Origin: Amoeboaphelidium protococcarum X5
Taxonomy: Eukaryota > Fungi > Aphelidiomycota
Direction: 5' to 3'
Assembly (NCBI GenBank): GCA_023515725.1
Contig: JALDTO010000237.1
Span: 506,207 to 570,206, forward strand
Length of the DNA stretch: 64,000 nucleotides
The notes under the pieces: model-generated
Database searches by the model: none
What the model was told of the DNA's origin: nothing
What the model saw: only the letters and a program-made list of their open reading frames with translations
Shown: piece after piece, positions 11,063 to 21,206 of the stretch
Numbering within the stretch: position 1 is the first letter of the stretch
Layout of the letters: each line of letters opens with the position of its first letter
Made by a program: the position numbers and the translations under genes

Positions 11063-12271
11063 ATGGATTATTTTGTGTATGAATAGATTGAATAAATTTA
11101 GGAGAAGCGATAGTATAGATCCAGGCGAAGAGGTCATACTGCTCCGTTGAAGTTGTCTGATGAGGCTGCCGGGGCGCTCCGTAAAGGCAGTCAATTGATA
11201 TCAAATGTATTTCACGCAGTCAAGTAAGGCAGTATTGTCGGAGCTTTAGATGCAGTTACTGATACTTACAGTGCAGACGATTAAAAATCTGCTGGATATA
11301 TCTGGAGGCACCAAGAGTCAAAGTCTAATGAAGGATTTTTTAGTCAATTAAAGTCGTTATGGACTGGACCTGTCAAGAAGGAAGTAAAAGAGGACACTGG
11401 CATGAATGCTGCTGATGTAGGAAGAAGTCTGGCGCTAGTTTAGTAACAAGTAGAAAAGGATTAATTGCGATCAAGTCAAGTGAATTTACTATCACGCTGC
11501 TGGGATGAAGACGAGTAATCCACAACGCTCTTAAATGAGCAAGCTCACGAGGAATCCCAGGCGGCAGCAGATGATTCTGTAAACCAACTGATCGAATAGC
11601 TGGATTAGACGTCTCACAGCTTAAAAAAGTCTGAGAAGAGACAGGATCTAGTCAAGTAGAATCACAGCGATAATCAATTCTCTTTAATGGCGATGTTAGT
11701 ACGCAGGAATACATTCAACAATTAGAGCTCATCCAGATCGCGGGCTCTATAAATTTATAGCAAGATTGAAGACTTGAAAAAGGTAAGCCGCAACGTAGTG
11801 TATAAGGCTGAGATTATATGAATTGTGTAGGATCTCCTTGAATATGCTGGGACTTTAAACTCTGAATCCTTGGATGATGATATAATACTTGCGCCAAAAG
11901 TGGAGCCACGAATACCGCCGCCACCTCCACCTCCAAACTTTGCGTCATTATCACTCAATAAACTGAGTAGTTCAGAGAAAGTAAAAATGACTGAAGTTGG
12001 ACGCGGTTAATAATCATCATCAAATGCTGATTTACAGACCTCTATTAGCAACAGATTAAAGTCTTCGGAGCCGTACTTGAGAAAGACCAACATTTAAAGA
12101 AGCCCAGGAGGTAAGGAATTTATTAAAATGACATATTATAATTGATATTGTCTCATAGTAAAAAGTAATGTAGGCACTCCAATAAGAAAGCCGTCTGATG
12201 GTTATTAAGGCCCTGGAAAAGATTTGATACTTGGATTATAGCGAAAATTCAAGTCTATTTGCATCGATTGA
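11063..12271 (+). CDS. Proline-rich protein with a PRR11/MTFR1-like C-terminal motif (introns 11783-11830 and 12111-12173)
   Basis: PPPPPPP followed by LRKTNIQRSPGGTPIRK...LILGLQRKFKSI, similar to the PRR11 RSPGGTP...ALRRKF signature. GT-AG introns preserve the frame. Confidence 0.75.
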
Positions 12272-12346
12272 CAAATGATGATATATCTTTAAAGATTTAA
12301 GTCAAAATACATTAAATGGCTATATTCTATACAAATTCATTTATCA

Positions 12347-12739
12347 TCATGCGTTTTAGTCTGCGTGACTCTCGCTCAACTGTTGATACTAAACCGGTCG
12401 TTACTAACGCCGCAGCACCGCAATGGTCACTATCGCAGCTACGGCAACCATCACGCTTAAGCCTGAAGCAATGGCAGCAATACTCACATTCGACTACTAT
12501 TTCTAAGCCGCGGCATCCAACAATTCCTGCTGAGCCTACCAACTCTCCTAATCATAATCTGTTTCAATATTGGCCGTCTTGTCCGGCATACTTGGCGGTG
12601 TATCAGTGACTGCCATGCAGCCATTGTCCATGTCCATATCCATGTCAGTGGACATAGTGTTGTTTTAAGCATATGTCAAAGGGGCATATGGCAATAATGC
12701 CATGATAATGAACTATACGAATGTGATGCTTAAGCGCAT
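12347..12739 (-). CDS. Small type-I membrane protein (130 aa): signal peptide, Met-rich ectodomain, TM helix, YQQL tail
   Basis: MRLSITFVQFIIMALLPYAPLTYAQ...MSTDMDMDMD...IAAIASGLSVMVAVAAIVTIAVLRR...YQQL. Open ATG to TGA under TAR=Gln. Confidence 0.7.
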
Positions 12740-13090
12740 TTTTAACTGCAATCAATTGTGGTTGCAACGTTGACAACGAAGAAACTGATTGTCAAATCTT
12801 TAGTATCAGTTGAAGAGCAATCACTAGTGCAATGTCTAATTTTAGCTCGCGTTGATGTTCCGACACTACAGGTTAATTTGTGTTAACAGCCTAAACCTGA
12901 TGAATCGAGTCTAGACACGCATGAGTTAAATGTAAATTGCATTGCCGTGTGTACCACATTATCGCCGCTACCCTTTAACTTTGGAAAGATCACTCACTAT
13001 CAAAGTCATTGAAAATCTAAATTAAAAGATCGCACTATGATCAAATAGTTCATATACCATTAATTCAATACTCAAGTATTGGTAAGACGC

Positions 13091-13492
13091 TCAACTCTTC
13101 TACTCATCCAACGATGGCATTTTCAAAATCTTGCGACCTTCATTCTTAAAGTGTTTCGTCATCATTTTCAAAATCTCATTATCGCGCAAATGCTCAGGCA
13201 CCTCCTTCTATCCAGCAGTCCAGTAATACAGGTCCCAGTCATTTTCATCAAGTAATCGGTCGTACTACTGTAACTACTGATGAGATAGAGAGTGCAAATG
13301 CTTTTAGGCAAACGTAGAGCAAAGCAGATCACTCTCCAGAATCCCCCTCTTTCTTGATTAATACAGCAAACGGGCACGCATTGTGTCAATACTCTCACCA
13401 TCCCTAGCTATTCTAAGTGGTGGAAGAGGACCACTTTAAACTGACATAAATCGGGACTATCGCGTTATTAGATACACACCTTTCCTAATCAT
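13091..13492 (-). CDS. SDH5: Succinate dehydrogenase assembly factor 2 (133 aa)
   Basis: Mitochondrial presequence-like MIRKGVYLITRQSRFMS, then RARLLY[Q=TAA]SRKRGILESDLL and YDRLLDENDWDLYYW. Confidence 0.93.
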
Positions 13493-13780
13493 CTTAAATG
13501 CTTGAATACTATCGGCAGTGATCTCATCATTAACGAAAGAAGAAAAATACGTCATTCAAACATTTCGCGACTGATGATCTTCGCAAAAGTCTTTGATTCA
13601 AATAGAATGGATCTTCTTCATAAAATGATCATATCTTAAAAATGAACGTTTGATATCATTGTTTTCTACCACTGATTTAAGACACGAATTGAAAATTGTT
13701 TGATATTAGAAGCGTTCGAATCTGTTTTATTAAACGCTAAAAGTTCAACATTGACTTTAATTAGAGGATACAGAAGCCGC

Positions 13781-13866
13781 CATGTGGGTTAATCGATCAT
13801 TGGTACACTTTAAAAAAGCTCCAGCAATCTTTTCATTGGGGTCCCCACATAGCCCCTTAATAGCAG
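13781..13866 (-). pseudogene. Coding-like fragment LLLRGYVGTPMKRLLELFQSVPMIDQP, immediately downstream of the Fanzor ORF
   Basis: Inverted homologue of 10664-10750. No intact start or full-length ORF found. Confidence 0.55.
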
Positions 13867-13969
13867 AGTAACAGTATAGTACGAGCATAACGATAAGCAA
13901 TTACAAAACACTTCTATGATTTAGTGATCAGATGTTGAGCAAGGCGCAATATAGTCTCTTGCAAGACCT

Positions 13970-16201
13970 TCATATGGACATCACGAACTCCTTATATAGT
14001 GTCTAATCCGCTTAGTTCGCAGTAACCAATTTCACTTCTTCCTTAGAAAAACTTCGAGACATAACATTATATGATCCAACATTATCCCGATATGCACGAA
14101 AATCACCCAACATGAAGTACTCATCAGCACCAAGACAGTTATGTAGCACATTCTGAAACGGATGTTGTTTCGACGTAAACTCCTCCGTTGTCACGAGCAC
14201 TTACTTTCCAGATCTAAATATATTAGCTTATGCCATTGCAATAAGTTTCATACGACACTTGTAATGGCCAAACGCCAATAGAGTCTTCCGCGTATTTTTA
14301 TGGAGAATATGCCCAGAATTTTATTAACCACGCGAGTGTGTTACCAGTACATCGGCCGTATCACTTAGAACGGGAGGTAGATTCAAACGCTTTCTCCGTT
14401 TCTTCACCATCTTAATAGTCAGAAACTCGGGAAGAATGATTAGATCATAATGCCGCATCAAAAAGTTGCCAATTCGGTTATGCAAATTCGATACATATGC
14501 AGAGAATTTGGTGTAAGCACGACTAATGCCAATATCAGTGGGAACAACATTATTCTTTGATTACTTCCATGTGTGCCATAATTCTTTCTTCTACGCTTTA
14601 AACTCCTCCAGACTCAATTGTCCATTCTGTAAAGCAGCTGCGCGATTATCCATCTAATCTTTCAGAGACTATGCATTGGAAATCTATTCACTCTTATTCT
14701 TATAAAGCTACTTGAAATCAGGCGCAATCGCAATGAATGACCTGCGATCCAAATCGAAGACGGTCATGCTCACTCTAACACCTGGATCCACCGAGCAAGT
14801 GTTTCCAGTTTAACGGCAACGCGCATCACGGCGGCTTATAAATGATCTAGCACCTTCAAGATTCTCATCTGCATTATTCATATCTTGCAGTTGCTAGTAA
14901 TACCAATCAGTGAATGGACCTTATATACAGGAGGCATCATACGAAACAATCTCAAAGAACTTTTTTCTTCTTTTCACGAGCTTGAACTCTCTTCCTCTGC
15001 CATAGCCAAACTTGATGAAACGGGGCCAGTAGTCATTCTTGCCAGGCTCTTAGAATAGAGGATCTTTGGCATACAGTTTCCCAAAGCTCTTGAGGAATGA
15101 AGGCAGTAGGCGGACGCGATTGCTATCTGGATCTACACGGGCATCTTACGCTTGAAACTGGAGCATCTAAAACTAATCATCATCTCTATTTGGCATAAAG
15201 TTGTAGTCTTTGATATCACCCTTTGTATACTTCTCATGAGCCGCATAGTAATACGTGCGAGTCGCATTAATAATCTCATCTTGCACTGTAGATGGCATTC
15301 GCATCCAACGCAATCTTGGGTCGTCATCAGGCACGCGGCACTTTTTGGCTTTGACTTAACTTAGCGCAACATGGTTCCTTAGCGCTTGTATTGACACCTT
15401 TTCTCCTTAATCTCTGGAATCATTCAAAATGTTAATGATGAAATTGACCATTTGAAACTTGAGATCCAGCCATTCATTGAATTTGTGTATGAACTTCTTA
15501 TCAGGGAATATACGAATATTAATCGAGCGTATCTGATCATACTGATTCAGTTCGGCAATCTCTCGCCGATTTTTCATCTTGCCGATTTTTGGTTTCATGT
15601 TTTCCAACGCCACTAGAGATTATCCCGAAAGCTGTAGCACTTTCTTCTTCTTCTTCTTCTTCAAACTCTTAGATGACGACTATTACTGCTTAGATTTCCA
15701 TTTAGCCATTAGAGAGTCTGTATCTGATGCAATCTACTGATTCCGCATTTTGGATTCAATGATATTCTCAATTTAATGCTGCACCTGACTAAAACTTTAC
15801 TTCTCCTGGCTCTCACTTACGTTTTGTCCCATGTCTTTACGATTCAAATTAGGATTGAACTTTGCTGTTAAGGAGTGTTCTGTTTATTAAGATTACGGTA
15901 TTTGCCAGTCCTTGTCAGTGCATTTTAACAACAGTCGTTAATTGAACGCGTCTGTGTTGCCATTCCAAACATAATGTCCAAACCATTCAGATTTAGTATT
16001 ATACCAAGGGGCAAATACTGGAGCAAATGCGGCAAATGATGATGCGCCAAGTTCTTTGACTATCCGAATATCTACTTCATTGATCACCTTAGCACACACG
16101 GAGAGAAATCCGGGAATATCTTGATGATATGCTTAAGTTTTGAAATCTTCTAGTGCTGTCTTTGCAGCCGCAGATAATTCACGTTTTTGGCTTGGCTACA
16201 T
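13970..16201 (-). CDS. Fanzor2/TnpB-family RNA-guided RuvC endonuclease, ~743 aa, intact under TAR=Gln
   Basis: No in-frame TGA from ATG 16201 (alternative ATG 15832) to TGA 13970-13972. Motifs: APWYN..W, poly-Lys, IRSINIRIFP (OrfB HTH-like), RuvC-I TCSVDPGVRVSMTVFD, YDLIILPEFLTIKMVKK, TRKTLLAFGHYK, VTTEEFTSK and RuvC-III YRDNVGSYNV. Confidence 0.9.
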
Positions 16202-16919
16202 TTTCAAATGATCAGTATTGCGATGAAAGAATTAGAACACTGTCAGTAAGCATTGAATACAATGCAATGATGAGATGTGACACGACCAGTCATCATTTCA
16301 TTGTGATATCAATGAGGATGGTCGCAGCTTTAAACCACTCAGGAGTTATTGGTATTGTTAAGGTATTGAGACAAGCTCAGAAGATTGGCAATAAAGTAAA
16401 CGAGTAATTAGATTATTGACTTGTATTGAAGAGTATGTAAAAATATATAGAATCTCATTGATAATCGTATTTAAAATAAGACTAACTATCATACAAATAC
16501 TTTATGGATAAAAAATTTCAAAAGGACTTGGTGCACGAATGATTGATCCGCCCAAGTTCGGCAATCTGAAAATGGGAAATCCCGACGCTCATTTTGAAGT
16601 GTTCCGCAGTCACACGCGGGCGTGCAAAGCCTGTCTGGCAGTCCTCTGCTTAGATCTTGTAAGCATAACTAATTATTCGAACGCTTTTCAATAGGCATGC
16701 TTTCAATCTAATCTGTCAGCCTTCGAAAACGCTCTTAATATTCTTGATAACTAAATTCATCACATGGCGCTGCTGTCCCTTGGTTTCTTGTTTGTTGTCG
16801 ACGGAATGTTTTGAATTTCGCGAAACACTCAAAATCATTATTGTTTCACCTGAAACACTGTCTGTCCTGTCCGTTGTATATAATCGATAACACCCCCTTG
16901 ATCGATATCTGCACTGGAG

Positions 16920-19841
16920 ATGGGGTTCAATTGGACTTATGCTGGCTTTGTGATCGCTATAGCTATTGTCTTGCAGGTCTTTGTCTTTGAGAAGAGTGAC
17001 TGGTTCACTGACTCTCCGCTGTTGTAAAGAAAGCGCCGTTCCCCAATTCCGACTTATAAACCGCTGACTAATGGTACACTGGAAAAACGTACTTACTACT
17101 ACGGCTGCAGACCTCCTTCATACAGACCTCCATCCTACAGACCTCCTCCTCCGCCCCCTCCTAGGCCGCCACCTCCTTCTCCTTAGCCTCCTTCTCCTTA
17201 GCCACCTGCCCCTTAACCACCTACTCCTTCTACCTAATGTGATCGCTAGACGATTTTTGCTTATGGGGATACCTCTTTTATTCAGCTGAGATTGACCAAC
17301 AGTCTATGGGGCTGGTAGAGAAGTAGTTTGAGGTGCAGTGAAAACTGGGTCTCCAGTGCTCTGTATATGAACGCTGTCAACAACATCTTTAGCAGCGGTA
17401 GAGTTGTTGGTAATTTACAAGTCAAGTTCTCTTGCTCTGGTACTATTACCGCCCGTTACGTTGGCTTGAAGTAGTGTAAGAAGACGTTCCGCTCAGTCAA
17501 TTTCCATGTTGGTTATTCCAGCTGCCCCTCTGTTAATCCGAGCCTATTTACCTGCAGTCCTAATGGCAGATCTAATGATCCAGCTTGTAGAAAAGACTGT
17601 GATAGTGGTCAATGCGATGGTAAGGATATTACGTTGACGTTCACTGGTTGGGATAGCAGGCGCACTGTATACTTTGTTGCTCACGCTGTATCCAATTCAG
17701 ATCTGTGCGCTTCTGATGATTGTGGAAGTACTCCGCCATAAACTGTTACCGTCACATCGACTTTGACCAAAACTATGGTGAGTACAGTTTTTAATACGAT
17801 TATTAGGACTAGTACCATCTAGCTGCCCCCTGTCACAATAACGAGGGCCACGACTGTTACTCATATAGTTTCCACGACTTTGACAATTCGTCCTCCGCCC
17901 GTGACGTCACATATCACAAGAAGTGTGTCGTATCCCGTTACTACCACTGTAACTCTGCCACCAAGAACTGTCACAAGTCTGATCACGTTGCCGCCGGTTA
18001 CTACTACTTATACTGTAACAGTTGAAAGACCTCCAGTAACCACCACTTGGACGCTTACCAACACTTAGTATGTCACTAGTACTAATACTGAAACTACCAC
18101 TACATATCTGCCTGCATCTACCTTCACCATAACTGAGACTTCCATTCTGCCTGGTACCGTAACCACTATAACTATCACTGAAGATGGTCAAGTGATTACT
18201 AGCTACATTACAAGCACTGGAACTATTACTATAACTGGTACTTAGACAGTAACTACAACTAATATTTAGTACATTACTTTGGATCCTGTCACTGTTACTG
18301 TTAATTAGCCTGCTACCACCATTACTACTGCGTTGACTATTACTTAGACGTCTTTGGTGACTGTGACTGAAACTTCTCCTGTGTACTCTACTTTCTCTAC
18401 TACCATTTTTAGTACGACAACGTCTACTGTGCTGGTGCCAACCACTATCATTACGTTTATACCTGGTGAGACTGCTCTGACCACTGTAACCTCTTTTATG
18501 ACTTAGACAGTGATGTAGACACTGTACAGCTACATTACTACTACAGAGAGGATCACCGAAACTGTTACTGTTAGTGGAGGTGGTGGTGGTCCGCCAGTGA
18601 CTTCTTACATTACGATTACTTAAGCCCCTGTTACTGTTACTGAGACTCAGTCAATTACTCTGCCTCAGGTTACTGTGACCGTTACTGTTGCTCCGACTAC
18701 TATTATCCAAACGTCTACTGTGTTTTAGACACAAACTTATACCATGACGTAGACTATCACTGAATCTGGTACCACCATTACCACTACTATCTTCAGTACA
18801 AGCACTGTATCTGTTCTGGCAACCTCAACATCTACTATCCCATCCACTACTACCACCTATACCCCTCTGCCTACTCCTACTTGTATCGATGTTGGTGGAG
18901 CATATCCTTTTAATGCGTTCTTTAGTGGTTCCTATTCTGCTAGCTCTGATGTTCAGGGAAGACTGGCTGTTGGTGGTGATGCAGCTTTTGCTGGCGGCTT
19001 CTCTATCGCGGATCAGCTTTATGGCATCGATTAATGTAAGTCAGCTACATTAGTCATTGGCGGTAAATTGGTAAATTGGTTGACTGGTCGTAACTATTAT
19101 GGTAATATTGTTGTTGGTGATGACTCTACTGCGAAGCCTTCTGTACCCAATAACAATATCGGTTATGTTTTGGAGCCAGATTGTTCTATAAAGAAAATTC
19201 CTAATTTTATCAATTTCGATACCATTAGTCAGAAGTTGACTTAATTGTCCCAGAAGATGGCATCTTGGGTTCCTACTGCTCTGAGTGTTAATGTCAAGTA
19301 TGGTTTGATGACCATCTAGGTTGGTGGTCTGAATCGCTATGAAATTATCAATATTTAGAACGGATCCATGTTTACCTAAAGAATGATCAACGACTTTGCG
19401 ATTGAAGGTGCTACCAACAATACCATCCTCGTGTTTAACATCTTCGGGTCCTCTGGTGGATTCGTCGATATGAACATGGATGCGATGATTGACATTCCTA
19501 CTATCTTCAATTTTCCTAATGCTACTTCTCTGGATATCAATGGAGTAGCTGTTCGTGGCATGGTTTTGGCACCATTCGCTAATGTTAATGCTGGACCTGG
19601 TGTTGTTTGGGGCCCAGTGTATGCTGAAAGTGCTGCCGGACCTTTACAGATCAATCTGGTTCCAGAATTTCCATTGTGCTCTAATCCTGATTCTATTTAT
19701 GGCCTATAAACCCCAGCGATGTCATAGACGACAGATAGCAGCAGTGGATCTCTGCCAATGAGAATCAATTTTAATTTTGGATTTGAATTGATTGTCGCTT
19801 TGACTATGCTGCTCTTTGGAGTATTCTACTTAACGATGTGA
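16920..19841 (+). CDS. Surface adhesin-like protein, copy 1 (973 aa): signal/anchor, Pro-rich and Cys-rich N-domain, Thr-rich stalk, choice-of-anchor-A-like domain, C-terminal hydrophobic anchor
   Basis: Open ATG 16920 to TGA 19839. SDVQGRLAVGGDA, FNFPNATSL and GMVLAPFANV are typical of the choice-of-anchor A beta-helix domain. Confidence 0.85.
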
Positions 19842-20049
19842 GAGTGTCGTATGTATAATGTATGATTATTTGGATTAAAAATAAACTATTGATTGATTAC
19901 TGATTCAATCATAATTCTTCACTCAATAGACTGGATTACACAAAAGTTTGAGGTTAGCAATTTAAAGCTAAAATCACTGATTTTGACACCGCTTCCATTC
20001 ATGTCATCATCGTATTGAGGATGATGTAATAGTGAAACCCGAGATTTCA

Positions 20050-20400
20050 ATTCAAAAGACTTTGAACACAAATAAATTTTCGGGCAAAATTAGACTGTAG
20101 TTTGAAGATTACTGTAATTAATCGGCACTGAATAATGTTTATCTACACGTCATCTGATGTCCTAGTTCGTTTTAACAAACAGACGCGTTAGTAAGAAGCC
20201 TAACCGTTTGAATATGCCATGCCAATCTTTTGAATAATCGAGTTTACACAATAAGGCAACTTATCGTGACAGATAATCAGCGATATATTTATAGAACAAT
20301 CAAAGCCCACTGTGGCTCATCATTGTCAAAGTAGCACTCCTCGCGGTTCAACGCAGACCGATTGTCAGTCTGCTCATGACCGCTGGTCCAATTTGTTCAA
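20050..20400 (-). pseudogene. Degenerate paralogue of the last exon of the RING gene at 24288-25090
   Basis: PQWALIVLQ/SLIICHDK matches PQQALIVPQNMPLIICHDK with a frameshift. No RING exon seen; boundaries approximate. Confidence 0.55.
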
Positions 20401-21206
20401 AATCAAAGATCGCGGACAAACTGGTCCAGGAGGAACTTTAATTTAGCAATACAATCTTAGAGTTAAACACGTACATATAAAACTATGAAATATAGTCAAA
20501 TAATTGTTGCAATAAAAGGCCATCGAAAATAGCGTAAGATTGAACAAGAACTCCGTCAAATTATGATTGAAACGGGCTTTTTCAACTAGAAAAATGAGAG
20601 CAAACAGCAGAATTGTTTTAGCTTCACTCTGAGTTGGCGGTGAACTAGCCTCTCATCGAAAATTTTTATGGTTTATTTTTGGGAAGATAGGATGCTAATA
20701 TCATGATAGAAATTTTGTATTAGAATGTTACTACGCCCTGTTATTACTTCCTCGCTTAAAAATGAATGCTGCACCGCGACAAATCTTTCTTGCATGATTA
20801 GATAAAATCCATATTTAGGGAATCCCAAATTCCTTTATGAATGTGTAACAGACATGGAAATCTACATTTCGGTAGCCACCTGTATTCAAATGAAAAAAGG
20901 AGCCCATATCTTCCCTAACACTGAATGCAGACCAGGAGGCGCTCAGCAAAGCACGGAAAGATACGCAGTCTGGCCAGCTGCTCAGTGCAGCGAGGTGAAA
21001 CGTTGGTTTGTTCGCAGCCACGCGCGCGTTTGTTTCAGCTTCTGGCAATCGCCGCTCGGCCCAGCATTAAATTCGCCGGCTGCTTCGTCACCAATTTGTT
21101 TCCGCAAAGTCTCCAACTCATTGTTGTTGTTTCACCAGATTCATACTTTAAACCGTCCCCTTGTATAACAGTTTAAGCTCCGTTGTGAGATACCTGTATA
21201 CTAATC

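Noticed and set aside
10664-13866. The 87-bp inverted repeat pair as terminal inverted repeats of a Pack-type transposon carrying SDH5 and neighbours
   Set aside because: Differences between the copies are largely synonymous in one frame (LLLRGYVGTPMKR), indicating paralogous coding fragments. No target-site duplication was seen.
17850-18880. ACT/ACC-rich periodic sequence as a CRISPR array or satellite
   Set aside because: It is the Thr-rich coding stalk of the adhesin and has no repeat-spacer structure.
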